Shown: piece by piece, positions 14,460 to 28,789 of the stretch | How the letters are laid out: each line of letters starts with the position of its first letter | Position numbering within the stretch: the first letter of the stretch is position 1 | Assembly: GCA_951406725.2 (NCBI GenBank) | Contig: OX597819.1 | Coordinates: 77,748,001-77,812,000, forward strand | Source: Octopus vulgaris | Lineage: Eukaryota | DNA: 64,000 nt | Reading direction: 5' to 3' | The notes under the pieces: model-generated | Told to the model about the DNA's origin: nothing | Seen by the model: the letters and a program-made list of their open reading frames with translations, nothing else | Database searches by the model: none | Program-made: the position numbers and the translations under genes

Positions 14460-14871
14460 TATATAGGGAGAGTTCACAATAAAACAAAACAAAAGTCGAA
14501 GACGGGTGATGCAGACAACAAACAGAAGTATTAGCTTAACGCTCGGGAAATGAAAAAGTCTTTAATGTTTCGAGCCTACGCTCTTCCACAGAAAGGAACA
14601 AAGAAAGAAACAAGGAGAGAAAATAAAGAATGTGTAGTGGCTAACGGTCTATCATGGCCAGCTTGTTCCAGCTACAGCGGAGAGAAAGAAAGAAGCATAA
14701 GTTAGGAGAAGAAAGAAAGATGTCCGATGGTCACGCGGGAGCCACTTGAGCAAGGGAGGAGGAGTGAGGGAGAGAGAGTAACAGAGTAATAGGATAGAAT
14801 AGTGGGAGAAGAGGAAATAAAAGAATAAGAGAGAGAAAGAGAAGAACGAGAGTAAAAAGATCGTATAGAGT

Positions 14872-14878
<7 letters not shown>
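14460..14878 (-). mobile_element. PLE 3'UTR-like repeat with a variant hammerhead at 14560-14595
   Basis: Reverse complement reads cttt-CTGTGGA-a-gagc-gtag-gctc-GAAAC-ATT-aaag. Same family as 29230-29385 and 40160-40330; flanked by (TA)n. Confidence 0.65.
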
Positions 14879-14911
<33 letters not shown>

Positions 14912-14934
14912 AGCAACAAGGATATCTAGAGGTA

Positions 14935-15024
14935 ATGCAGTACGATCGTTTCATGCGACTTCATTTAATTGAACACTGCAAATAATACATCAGTTTTAAA
15001 ATATAGAGCAATTTTCAGCTGCAT
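14935..15024 (-). ncRNA. Hammerhead motif with a long helix II insertion and one core mutation
   Basis: Reverse complement reads atgcag-CTGAAAA-ttgc...gcat-GAAAC-GATC-GTA-ctgcat, with a perfect 6-bp helix I and a palindromic helix III. Confidence 0.65.
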
Positions 15025-15399
15025 AAAAATATAGAATGTAGTTAAATTCAAAGGATTCATTTGTATAGTTATTTTATTAACCAAAATCACAAAGAGGATA
15101 AGTAGATAGACAAAGAACAAGTTTCATCAGCAATATCATAGTAGTAACTGATATTTTTTCACAGGAAGATACTGCTTATCATTGATTATACTTTGTTATT
15201 TAGATTTATTATTGGGGTGGGGGTGGGGTAATTTTATAGGCTAGTTTATCAAGTCTAAATGGAAACTAGAATCTGTCTTTTATGGATAGAGTAAAAAAAG
15301 TATATAAAGTATATATAAATATATATATATATATATATTATTTATATTATATGATGGAATGCCACGCATCCTCTTCCAAGTAAATTTTCTTTTAATTCT

Positions 15400-15930
15400 G
15401 ATGCGCACTCTATGCGATCTTTTTACTCTTTAGTTTTTCTCTTTCTCTCTTTTATTCTTTTACTTCCTCTTCTGCCACTATTCTATCGTATTACTCTGAC
15501 ACTCTCTCTCCCTCACTTTTCCTCCCTTGCTCAAGTGGCTCCTATTTGTCCATCGGCCATCTTTCTTTCTTCTCCTAACTTGTGTTTCTTTCTCTCCGTT
15601 GTTCTTGTCTGTCTCCTGTCCAAGATTGATTTACGCGTTCGCCACCACAACCTCGTTTAGGCTTAGCAGCCCTTCCTGTTTGTTTTCATTGTCCTGATTG
15701 TATTACCGATTTTGACCCTTGGCAAAATCCAAAATTTTATATATATTGTTGTTAAATGCTCGAAATACGAGAATAGAAACAGCCAACAACTGATGAAGGG
15801 TCGTTCTTTATGTTGTTTGTCTTGTTTTCCATTTGTGTCTTTCGTTGTTCGAAAAAATAGTTCATATTCCATGTACTCGTACTTCGTATTTTTTTGTTGT
15901 ACACGTTTCGTGACGTCCTGTGCCCACATA
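15400..15930 (+). mobile_element. Pyrimidine-rich repeat whose first ~200 bp are an inverted copy of 14673-14878
   Basis: atgcgcactctatgcgatctttttactct...cccttgctcaagtggctcc...tttctctccg is the reverse complement of the upstream element. A ~50-bp direct duplication flanks it. Confidence 0.6.
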
Positions 15931-15985
<55 letters not shown>

Positions 15986-16275
15986 GTAGAGATGTATGTA
16001 CATATACGTATGTATATATGCATATATATATATATATATATACATATTATTTATATTATTATATGATTGAACGCCATGCATCCTTTCCAAGTAAATTTTA
16101 TCTATCTATCTATCTATCTATCTATCTGCCAATCTACCTACCTACACACCTACCTATATATATGTAATATGGTTTTAGTCACTCATAGTCCGAGGTAGAT
16201 TGTTCTACAATTTCTTGTTGAACAACCTATACAACAAATGATTTGTTTATAGTAATCAAATGCATGTGCTGTACA

Positions 16276-16314
<39 letters not shown>

Positions 16315-16334
16315 AAGCGAAGTTGCCTGAAATT

Positions 16335-16490
16335 CGGCACGGTGTACCACACGTTAGTGTCAAAGTGATCGCAGAGCAGCCCGAGAGAAAGTGTTTCGCT
16401 CAATAAACCCTACACATCACCCGGTCCAAGAATTGAAAGCACAATCTTACAATCGTGAGTGCAACATCCTAACCACTAGGGCATGCACCC
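16335..16490 (-). mobile_element. Diverged tRNA-derived SINE (third family)
   Basis: Reverse complement reads gcatgccctagtggttaggatgttgcactcacgattgtaagattgtgctttcaattc (A-box and B-box-like), then ttgagcgaaacactt. Confidence 0.55.
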
Positions 16491-16552
16491 TTGATATGTG
16501 TGTGTGTGTGTGTGTATGTATTTGTGATTGTGTATATATATGTATGCGTGTT

Positions 16553-16614
<62 letters not shown>

Positions 16615-17055
16615 GGCGTAGGAGTGGCTGTGTGGTAAGTAGCTTGCTTACGAACCACATGGTTCGGGGTTCAGTCCCACTGCGTGTCACCTTGGGCAAG
16701 TGTCTTCTACTATAGTCTCGGGCCGACCAAAGCCTTGTGAGTGGATTTGGTAGACGGAAACTGAAATAAGCCCTTTGTATATATGTATATATATATATAT
16801 ATATATGTATATGTGTATATGTGTGTGTATATATTTGTGTGTCTGTGTTTGTCCCCCCAGCATCGCTTGACGACCGATGCTGGTGTGTTTACGTCCCCGT
16901 AACTTAGCGGTTCAGCAAAACATAGACCGATAAAGTAAGTACTAGGCTTACAAAGAATAAGTCCTGGGGTCGATTTGCTCGACTAAAGAAAGCGGTACTC
17001 CAGCATGGCCGCAGTCAAATGACTGAAACAAGTAAAAGAGTAAAAGAGTAAAGAG
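16615..17055 (+). mobile_element. SINE family A, full length (tRNA-like head, CORE-like ccttgggcaagt, internal microsatellite)
   Basis: A box tggctgtgtggt, B box ggttcagtccc, tail (gtaaaaga)n; more than 10 copies in the window. It resembles the described octopus tRNA-SINEs (OK/OR1/OR2), but the exact family was not verified. Confidence 0.9.
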
Positions 17056-17581
17056 TATATGTACGTGTGTTTGTATATATGTACGTGTGTGTGTTTATAT
17101 AAATATGTGTGTATGTATATATGTGTATGTACATACCAACGCAAGCAGATATAAACCAAAACAAAACAGGGCAGTAGATTCGCACGCTGTCTACATGAAC
17201 TGCATATATTAACAACAACACATTACAATTATTGAAATCAATGATATGCCATAGATACACATCGCTAATTATAGTACAATGTAAACAATGTACAACGATT
17301 GAAGGGATGTGAGTAGGCGGAAGTATCACAAGTTGAATCAAGTTAAAAAACTGAGTGTAATATATTTATGATCGCATCGTCTCCACTTCATGCACCAGAG
17401 ATAAACTCACACTTTTCATATCTTTCATAAAAATTACCTCCCGCACTGCAATGCATCTCCCTACAACTCTGATACTCACTTAATTTCTACACATCTCTAT
17501 CTCTACTGATTGTCTCTATTCTTTCACATAAATTCGCGGTTCCACATTGAATCTCATGTGTCTCGACTTTCTTTTTTTTTA

Positions 17582-17890
17582 AAGTCGTAGCCAAAAATTT
17601 GGAACATTTTTTTAAAAATTAAAATTGTTCAATTCGATTCAATTATATACAACGTAGAGATATACTTACCTAGTAACTGATCCTATAGTTCAATTCTAAT
17701 TTTCAGGCCTATGTTCCAAACTTTTAGCAAATTGAATATAACTTTGGGCATTTAATATAAAAAATTCTAATTTTCAGGCCTATATTCCAAACTTTTAACT
17801 AAGAAATTTTTGCAAATTTTGGGCATTTATATTAAATGCCCCAAAAAGTCTAATTTTTAAACCTATGTTCCAAACTTTTGGCCACAACTG
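17582..17890. mobile_element. Tc1-type MITE
   Basis: TIRs aagtcgtagccaaaaatttggaacat and atgttccaaacttttggccacaactg, with TA on both sides. Internal repeats of ttctaattttcaggcctatgttccaaactttt. Confidence 0.75.
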
Positions 17891-18371
17891 TACATCTTAC
17901 TCAGCAAATTAGCCATCTCTGTCCTCCAATTTCTCTATTTCCGCCGCCCCTGAAACAAACATTTGGGCTTCATTGCAAATCGAAACAGATACACCATTTT
18001 CCCCTCTTTCGAGATCACCTTTAGATTGTCATTGATACGCCCTTCTGTCAAACCCAGCCCATCAGCCGTAATGCAGCACTCACGCAACACACCTATCTGC
18101 AGTTCAAAGTCCATTCGCCTCTTTCTTTTCATTCAACAACTTGACCACTTCAGCACACATTCGCTTGTAACTCTCCTGCATCCGACGTTGTTACTGTTCT
18201 TAAATTTCATGAGTCCCCACTACTATCCATCAAATTAGAAGCATATCATGAAATTTTCACACAGTTTTTGGTTCACCTATAAGAGGGCATGTTATCAACT
18301 TTACTGCAATCAGCTGGCCAGAGATCTACTCGCATTTTCATATTCTTCATCAGTATTTTCTATCACACCAA

Positions 18372-18762
18372 GGCGGCGAGCTGGCAGAAACGTTAGCACG
18401 CCGGGCGAAATGCTTAGCGGTATTTCATCTGCCGCTACGTTCTGAGTTCAAATTCCGCCGAGGTCGACTTTGCCTTTCATCCTTTCGGGGTCGATAAATT
18501 AAGTACCAGTTACGCACTGGGGTCGACATAATCGACTTAATCCGTTTGTCTGTCCTTGTTTGTCTTCTGTGTTTAGCCCCTTGTGCGTAGTAAAGAAATA
18601 GGTATTTCATCTGCCTTTACGTTCTGAGTTCAAATTCCGCCGAGGTCGGCTTTGCATTTTACTCTTTCGGGATCAATAAATTAAGTACCAGTTGCGTACT
18701 TGGGTCGATCTAATCGACTGGCCCCCCTCCCCAAAAAGTCTTGTTCCTGGAGTAGAAGAGAA
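18372..18762 (+). mobile_element. SINE family B, dimeric, full length, with 18-bp TSD
   Basis: TSD tattttctatcacaccaa at 18354-18371 and 18763-18780. B-box-like gagttcaaattcc occurs twice. Confidence 0.92.
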
Positions 18763-18780
18763 TATTTTCTATCACACCAA

Positions 18781-18825
18781 CACTGGTTGTCAAGCAGTGG
18801 TCGAGGGACAAACACAGACACAAAG

Positions 18826-18920
<95 letters not shown>

Positions 18921-19057
18921 CGACGGCCTTCTTTCAGTTTCCGTCTACCAAATCTACTCACAAAGCATTGAGCGTCTTGAAGCTATAGCAGAAGACACTT
19001 GACCAAGGTGCGACACCGTGGGGCTGAATCCGGTACCATGTGGCTTGGAACCTGCGC
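18781..19057 (-). mobile_element. SINE family A
   Basis: ctttcagtttccgtctaccaaat...gaagacacttgaccaaggtg. Confidence 0.85.
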
Positions 19058-19789
19058 TTATATTAATCTAAATGTTTTTTTTTTTTTGCTTCGTTTAATT
19101 TAATTGATTCTTAGCACTTGTAAAACTTCATTAGTTACTTTCTTCATTTCGCCACCCTCAGTCTGTATAAAGAGCTAATTCAGTTTGTACGTATCCCTTT
19201 GTCAATTACCCTACCCCTCCTGCGCCTCCTGCACCTCTGCTTATAACACTCTTCGCGTTAGTTCCCCTGACCTGGCCCTTATTCTTTCATTTCAGCTAAC
19301 CTCATGATAGAAATTTCATTACCCCTTCGCCTTATTTTATTTTCTCTCACATCTTCCATATTACACATACAATCTTTCACATTACAGAAAACGCTATTTT
19401 TCCCACCTGTTTCCCTACCTCTACCATTTCTAATTACTTTTTAACATCTTTTGCGACCGTGTTATTAGCATCTATATTCTTTGTCTTCGCAAAAGGATCT
19501 GTTTACACTAATCCCGCAAAAAATAAAACCTGCCTATATTTTTCCACGAGCTCTGTGGAGTAAATTTGTTGGCGCAGACATCTGGATCTTATCTCTGCTA
19601 TGGAATTGCTTCAGTCTCGAAAGACGATCTGAAACCAAGTCACTTGCTAAACAAGACTCATATACATACATACCAACATACAAACATAACATACATACAT
19701 GCATACATACATACATACATACACACATACATACATACATACATACATACATACATACATACATACATACATACATACATACGTACATA

Positions 19790-20560
19790 CCACCAAGCAT
19801 CGAAGTGCATTCCTTGACCAAGTTTGCATACATGAGGCTGATAACATCTTAAGACTTGGAAGGCAGCTCCTTGAGCAACACTCTGTCTGATAACCTAGAA
19901 TACATGCCCAAAGAAGTTGCACGACTCTACCGCAACATATCAGCAGATGAAAGGATGAGGCTTTATGAGAAGAAGACTATGCATGGATATGGTTGTAGAA
20001 AGCTCCGTGATGATAGCAACATCGATCATCAGAGCAGTTTATCATGGACGAATAGCCGGATTACCACCTCCCACTTTGAAGGGTATGCATTTGTAATTTA
20101 GGAACAGGAAATATCAACCAAGTAACTGATGTACAAAAGGGATGGAGATGCAGGAAAAGCCATGCAACGTGACAACCGATGCAGACTTTGTGGAGTTCAC
20201 ACTGAAGATATCACCCACATCATAAGCAGTTGTTCGAAAATGTCATCACAGTATTATCTACTGATGAGACGTGACGTTGCAGCTAGGACACTCTATAATG
20301 AAATCCGTCAGATGGATAATCCCGAGGACAAAGAAATAAAAACCCACAATATGGTAGAAGCCATAGCCACTCATAATCAAATGGAATACTGGTGGAATGT
20401 CTCAGTGAAGACCTCAATAAACACAGACCTGATATAGTGATTTGGGATCGAGAAGAGAAACTAAGCACATTTGTATAAATTAGCTGCCCAGCGGATGTTA
20501 ACATAAAACTGAAGAACAGTGGAAAAGGGAACATTGGAAAAGAGAACACCTATGCTGAAC
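19790..20560 (+). pseudogene. R4/Dong-like non-LTR retrotransposon C-terminus (CCHC knuckle + restriction-like endonuclease), decayed
   Basis: MHG, EQEISTK, CRLCGVHTEDITHIISSC, MRRDVAA (RHD-like), YWWN, PDIVIWD and ISCPADVN motifs, with stops and frameshifts. Confidence 0.85.
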
Positions 20561-22241
20561 TAAACCCACTTCCGATAACGATGTGACTGAAGCGGTTTCA
20601 AATGGACAGCTTCAGAAAACTTATGAGCAGAAAGGAAATGCCAGGAAAGCGACATTCTGTGGAGGAAATAATGGACATAGAGGCTAGTGCAAGACTTGTA
20701 ACTTGCTAGACACAGTATAGATGACGAAAAAGAAGAGGCACGTGAATTGGGAGTGCCTGATGAGTGGATGTGGAACGATACCAGCAAGCCACATGGTGCA
20801 GAGGCTATTGTAGCAGAAGAATAAAAGGCACTGAGATGTGACAACACGACGGTTGGTTGCAAATTGGAATGCATTGGTGAAAGAAATCGTATCAAGAACT
20901 ATCAATTGAATAACTTTATTCCTACATTATTCTACGATCCCTTTCTTTTAAGACAGGAAAATGTAGTTTGAGGGAGATTTGACTGCTATTCCAAAGAAGT
21001 CGAGTGACTTCTTAGAAATAAGAAACGCTTGTTACCCATTGTGTGTTCGTTTTAAAGAAGAATTATTGAACCTAGCCTTAAATTAATTTTATCTGTTTTT
21101 CTTTTTCGGGAAAGAAAGCATGGTGTACGCAACTGTGCTGTTCATATCCATTTGTAGGCCTCGATTGTTCCTCAAATGAGGTTAACTTGGCGAGACGACA
21201 ATTGTAAATTGATGAAGGTTGGTGAGATGAACGAAATCAGTAGGATTTTCAGAATATAAAGTTCTGAAGTAAATACATACTGTAGTGATGAGGAAGGTAA
21301 AACATTTTTCTAATAACATGAGTGGATAAGAGACGGAATCAAGTATCAGAATCTATTGGGGTTGATGATCAATTAGATCAGCATGGAACCTGAGGTAATA
21401 ACGGAATTAGAGAAAGAAGGATGATACAGTGTAATGTTGTTTAACGAGGACGTGAAATGGATGATATTCCATTCAATTCGATGGAATTACCGAAACAACG
21501 AAAACATGCAATTCACTGATCAACCGCCGAATCAATCACCTCAAACAATCAATTAATGCATTCCCAGAGTTTGTCAATAAATATATCAAATAACTTGCTT
21601 TTAGTTGCTCTTCAATAATGTGAAGTCATAACTCACGCTCATATTCCCACAATGTGTTCAGTTAAAAATATCATTTATCAAAGCAGATCTGTCTGTAGTA
21701 AAATAGAAGAGAACATTCATTATATCTTAAATAAACAGACAAGATAAACTATGGTTTAATTTTGTTGGACTGTAGTATAGCTAAATACCACCGCCACCAA
21801 AACTCACCATTTACTGCCCTTACTTCTCTACTTCTAGAAGAGTGGTTTCGAACTGAGATGTAGATAGTAATTGCGGGTGTCTCGATGTTCTAAATTTAAC
21901 TGCTTCACAAAAAATATCAAAGGCCGTATTTCAAAATCCGAAATAGAGCAGTAATGGTGAGAAACTCCTTGTAGGGTTTAGCAGGTTTTCCTCTGAAGTT
22001 TGTATTTTCTTTACTTGGGCAAAACAAGGCATCGCATACTTTAAGCAAAACGAGATTGGACGGCGAGTGTCACAAACCAATTCTTTGCCATCTTCTTCAG
22101 GAATGTTTGCATTCATATGAAACCTCCCACTTTTGTTTTCGAGATGCATTCTTATAATAACATTACAATAGCTTAAACTTAACAGGAACCATATTAAATT
22201 CATTCTATTATCTCTACCGCAATAACATTTAGGAAGGGTCG

Positions 22242-22475
22242 AAGGCGGTAGCCTCGCAGAATTCGTTAACACGCCGGACAAAATGTTTAGTAACATTTCT
22301 TCCGGGTTTATGTTTTGAGTTGAAATTCCGCCGGGGTCAACTTTGCCATCCATCCTTTCAAGGTCGATGAAATAAGTACCTGTTGATGACTGGGATCGAT
22401 GTAATTGACACGGCTTCTCCTGCAAAAAAAAAAAAAAAAAAAAAATCAGAGCTTTTGCCTATAGTAAAAAGAATA
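22242..22475 (+). mobile_element. SINE family B monomer
   Basis: aaggcggtagcctcgcagaattcgttaacacgccgg...gtcaactttgcc; a TSD-like aagggtc occurs on both sides. Confidence 0.8.
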
Positions 22476-22957
22476 TTTTAGAAGGGTCTAACAAAGTTAT
22501 AGCTTGTGGTGTTTCTACTTCAAACTAGTTCTTTAAACTACTACAACAACTACTACTGTATAAAAAGAAAAAACAAACAAGCTTTTAACGTCAAAATACA
22601 TACCAAACAGATGGGGTTTTTTTTTCGACTTAGCTCTATGCAAGTTTACATGTGTATGAAGGATTTAAAAATTCTGCGCTATCTATTTCTGGAGATATGA
22701 CGTCATTATAGTTCTTGGTCGATCCCGCCAGTCGATGTAATATGTCATATCATCAAATTCTATCTGGAATAATAAAATTGGTAGTACAATCGTGCGTGGA
22801 GCCTGGTTGTCGGGTCTAAACGCCGTCAGTAATTTTCTCTGACTATTTTTTCCCTTTGAAGTGTATATATGTATTACCATTCACACCCAAACCTACATAC
22901 GAATATCTTAGCACACACATGCATATACAATAAAACGTATATAAACGCGTATTTGTG

Positions 22958-24345
<1,388 letters not shown>

Positions 24346-24569
24346 TAAAGACAGACGGGAAATCATCGAACTGACGTAGCCAAATTCCAGAACATTCTAA
24401 TCCTATAATTATCGCAGCAATTGGCTATACATTAGTCTTTCTGTCGGCAATTCACTGTCTTAATGCAGCTAATTGGCGTCTTTGGAATCGTCCAAAGGCA
24501 GAATTCCTACTGAAATGCCTTTTAATGCCGTCCACTGCCGCCATTGTTTGACCGACACTTTATAAACAT

Positions 24570-24588
24570 TGGCCACCAGATGGCGTCT
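24570..24588 (+). promoter_or_regulatory. CTCF-type motif
   Basis: tggccaccagatggcgtct closely matches the CTCF consensus and sits in a non-repetitive island. Confidence 0.5.
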
Positions 24589-25127
24589 GAGGACATTGTT
24601 CAGTAAGCGAATAAAAACAAATTAGCATTAGTCGTCGTTATCTGCAGAATTTACATTAAATTTACGACCTGTTAGCATTTTAGTTGCCGTTGTTGTTGTT
24701 GTTGTTGGCATTGTTGCTGTTGTTGGAGTTTCGACTGTTTGTTGTCTTGAAATGATAGTTTTGTTATTATCATTATTATTATTGTTGTTGTTGTTGCAGC
24801 AGTGACTACATGTTATAGATGTTATTGTTGATGTTGTTGTCGTGGTTTGTTGTTGTAGTTACTGTTATAATTGTTAAAATCGTAACATCAGTTTCTGTTA
24901 ATCTTATTGCAGTAATAGCAGTGCAGCAGCAGCAGCAGCAGCAACAACAACAGACAGTAGTAATAATAGTAGTAGCAGCAGCAGCAGCATCAACGGTAGA
25001 AACAGAATCGGTAGGTGGTAGTAGTAGTAGTATTAGTAGTAGTAGTAGTAGTAGTAGGTTTTTTAGGTAACTTTAGTGATTCGTGTTGATTGTAGGAATA
25101 GCAAATATTATTTGAAGTACTGTTGTT

Positions 25128-25503
25128 GGTGATGATGATGATCATGATGATGTTGATGATGATGATGATGTTGATGATGATGATGTTGATGATGATGATG
25201 ATGTTGATGATGATGATGATGATGACAGTCGTGGTGGTGGTACCACTTTGAACGCCGATGAGGACAAACGCAAAAACGACGGCCATGACGACGAAGGTAA
25301 TGACGACAGTGACAGCGACGGCGGCAGTGACGACGACGACAACGATGATGACGATAATGATGATGATGATGATGATGGGGATGATGGTGGTGATGATGAT
25401 AATGGTGATGATGATGATAATGATGGTGATGATGATGATGATGATGGTGGTGGTGATGATGATGATGATGATAATGGTGATGATGATGATGGTAATGATG
25501 GTA

Positions 25504-25539
<36 letters not shown>

Positions 25540-25775
25540 GTGATGATGATGGTGAAGATGATGGTGGTGATGATGATGATGATGGTGATGATAGTGATGA
25601 TGGTGATGATGGTGATGATGATGATGACGATGGTTGTGGTGGTGGTGATGATGATGATGGTGATGATGATGGTGATGATGATGGTGATGATGATGATGAT
25701 GATGATGATGATGGTGATGATAGTGATGATGGTGATGATGGTGATGATGGTGATGAGGGTGTTGATGGTGCTGCT
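25128..25775. repeat. Degenerate (GAT)n/(GGT)n trinucleotide array
   Basis: Seen directly. Confidence 0.95.
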
Positions 25776-26326
25776 GCTGATTTTTGTAGCGATATATAGG
25801 TGGAGGTAATTATTTTCTTTTTTAAAGTTCTTTTTCTCGTTGCAGCTTTTCATTGTCAATATTTTTTTTTTTTTGCTTTATTTTATTACGATGGTTGTTA
25901 GTGGTTCTGTTGCTGCTGATGATGGCGGTGTCGGTGTCGTCGGTGTCGTCGGTGTTGGTTGATGGCAACCGTTAGTGATGTGAAGCTACGGATTTTATGT
26001 TCCATTCTTTCAAAATTATTGACACTTTAATTATAGTTACTCTCATTATTGGTGTTATTATTGTTCGTGTTATCAAGACAACTGTTGTAAGTGAGTAAGT
26101 AGCAGGAGAAGAAGTAGAATGCTGCTCTAAGTGATTTTTCAGTATTCGCTTCCGCGTCTTTACGCTCTGTATTGAAAAAATTCCCTCAGGTAAGTCTTCC
26201 CGTCTCATCTAATCGTGACTCATTGATTTTAATACCGATCATCTACATAATGTGATTCGATCGATTTTGTTCATCGTCTATTAAGTTGCAGCCTTGTGCT
26301 TGTGTAAGATATCAAATTACACACCC

Positions 26327-26655
26327 CTGGCAGAATGCTTTGTGGCATTTACGTTCAGAGTTCAAATTTCGCTCAGGTCGACTTTGCCTTCCATCCTTAC
26401 GGAGTTGATAAAATAAGTACCGTTTGGGTACTGCAGTTCAAATTCCCTCGAGGTCGACTTCACCTTTCATCATTTCGGGGTCGATAAATTAAGTACCAGT
26501 TACACACTGGGATCGATGTAATCGACTTAATCCGTTTGTCTGTCCTTGTTTGTCCCCTCTATGTTTAGCCCCTTGTGAGTAATAAAGAAACAGATATAAT
26601 CTACAACCTCTCTCCCTCAAAGTTTCAGGCCATGTGTCTATAGTAGAAAGTATTA
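26327..26655 (+). mobile_element. SINE family B, composite copy
   Basis: gagttcaaatttcgctcaggtcgactttgcc...tgtttagccccttgtgagtaataaagaaa. Confidence 0.8.
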
Positions 26656-27149
26656 TTTTTTATCTCTTTATATTCCTTTCGTTTCCCCTCGCCTGGCAAA
26701 GTGGATTAATCTGTACAAATAATAATTATCAAATTATATTTTTTCGAATACTGCTTGGAGTAGACACTAATTCTTTAATTTTTTTTTTCCACTCAACTGT
26801 ACTTCTAGTACGTAGCAAACTGAGACCAGCTTCTATCCAAGAAATGATTAAAAGTAAATAGAGAACACAAGATCAAATAGAATAATAAAAATACTATAAA
26901 AATATAATGAAACATAATTAAAGTAATATGAAATATATGCTGAAATAAATAGTTTAACATAGTTAAATAAAATATTTATTAAACTGAACTATAAAATGAA
27001 ATGAAATAAAATATTAACTAAATATTAATTAAAATAAAATGTAGCGAAATATATAGATTACACAGAAAACAAAATAAAATAAAAACAATTCTAATACGCG
27101 TCTAAAATGCACATGAGTATACCTAGAATTTGCCACAGCTCTCTCAAAA

Positions 27150-27690
27150 ACCATAAAACTAGTAGAAAGGGATTATGTAAGAGAAATATTAAACGGTCTA
27201 CCACCCTCTTTGGAATTAACGTAGGCTCGGAAATTATCTGCAATTTTCTTAAAGGATTTGGAAATGCATTTCTCTTGAGTAAGTATTGTAAAAAGTTTAA
27301 CATGTATACGGTAAGGTTTGCATATTCTACTACATCTAATTTAGATGGTAATATTGCAGCTTTTAACAATAGTGAATGAAAAAATATTAGTAACAGAGAA
27401 CATACCTTTAATTTTTCATGTAGTTAAGCAATTCTAGATTTTCTAGACGTAATATATACCTGGTATAGATAATACTACTATTGAAGGGGTCCTCCTCAGT
27501 AATATCAACAAAAACCTAATAATATGTGTGACTGAAAGGATAACAATAAATGTCCTTTAAATAACTAATGCTTTAGAAGTTACTTAGTGCATAAATTTTC
27601 TGTTAAAATACCTGATAAATTTTTCTATTACATTGATGCCATGGCATCTAAATTCAAATTTAAATTATATCATCATATAGATGCTTTTAA
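27150..27690 (+). pseudogene. Penelope-like element remnant (RT C-terminus, linker, start of GIY-YIG)
   Basis: KRNIKRSTTLFGINV...FL...KYCKKFNMYTVRFAYSTTSN...IAAFN resembles the PLE pattern RNIIWFNPPF..NV...KIFN..TVK.SYS. NKCPLNN*C...LVHK...YYI follows downstream. Confidence 0.65.
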
Positions 27691-28614
27691 TAATAAAAAA
27701 GAAAGCTCGGAGCACTTCAACTGTCAAATTTCTGGGAACTCAAAGTGAGGAGTATTGATTGCTCAATCTCGTATAGAGATGTGGAGTTAGCTGCAATTTA
27801 TGTACTAAGGACGAATCTATAATTTTCAGGTGTAGGTCAGGGTAAATTAATAAGCGCAACAAATTATTAATCCGTTGTTTTCATCAACTCAATAAAACTT
27901 TCTTGAAAATCCCATTCAGCTAATTTATCTAATTTTTATAGAGTTATAACTAACGTTCATATTCTTTGTGTTACTCCAAATTTATCAGGGATGATTCAGT
28001 TTAAAATGTCCTCTATATCTTAATACATCCTGCTACATTTTTTTCTGTATAACCAATCTTTTATTTCTTCGCCAATAATTTACCTTCAACTCCAAATGAT
28101 CACATAATATCTAGCCATAATTATAGTGGCGGTATTATATCTATATTATCTGTCTTCGTTCAAATCATATTTATATCTCGATTTTCTCTTTATAATCTTT
28201 AGTTCCAGAAATCTGTCAGATAGCCGGTCTGGCGATGCACAATAGATCAAACAACTGAAACTAAGATGATGCTTTGTCTTCATAGTTCCTCCCCTAGAGT
28301 ATTTCTCTGATAGTGTGACAACTTGCTTTTTTACTTTATTACTATGATATTATAAGCCCTCTCTCTTTCTCATTATATTTATTCAACCGATTTGCCTATG
28401 TACATTAATATAGCGTTTACGCTCATTCCGATGAGTTGGTTGGTGAAAAATTTCATTTAATATTGTATGGTTTTACATAAATCATTTTTATTGATATAAC
28501 CTCACATGTTGATATAACATTTCCACTAATTATCGAAACGATCATAACTGGTAAATAAATGTAATACTGTCATCAGTATTCCCTTGTTTGCTGATATGTG
28601 TGCGTGTTTGTGAG

Positions 28615-28710
<96 letters not shown>

Positions 28711-28722
28711 ATAAATATATAT

Positions 28723-28789
<67 letters not shown>

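Noticed and set aside
15785-15860. CTGATGA in the 15.4-15.9 kb repeat
   Set aside because: No convincing helix II, GAAA or helix I partner found.
17935-18238. Short non-repetitive ORFs
   Set aside because: No recognisable domain or splice signals.
25248-25809. Asp-rich and Met-rich ORFs resembling acidic matrix proteins
   Set aside because: Open in several frames on both strands because of the (GAT)n array; no signal peptide or splice context.
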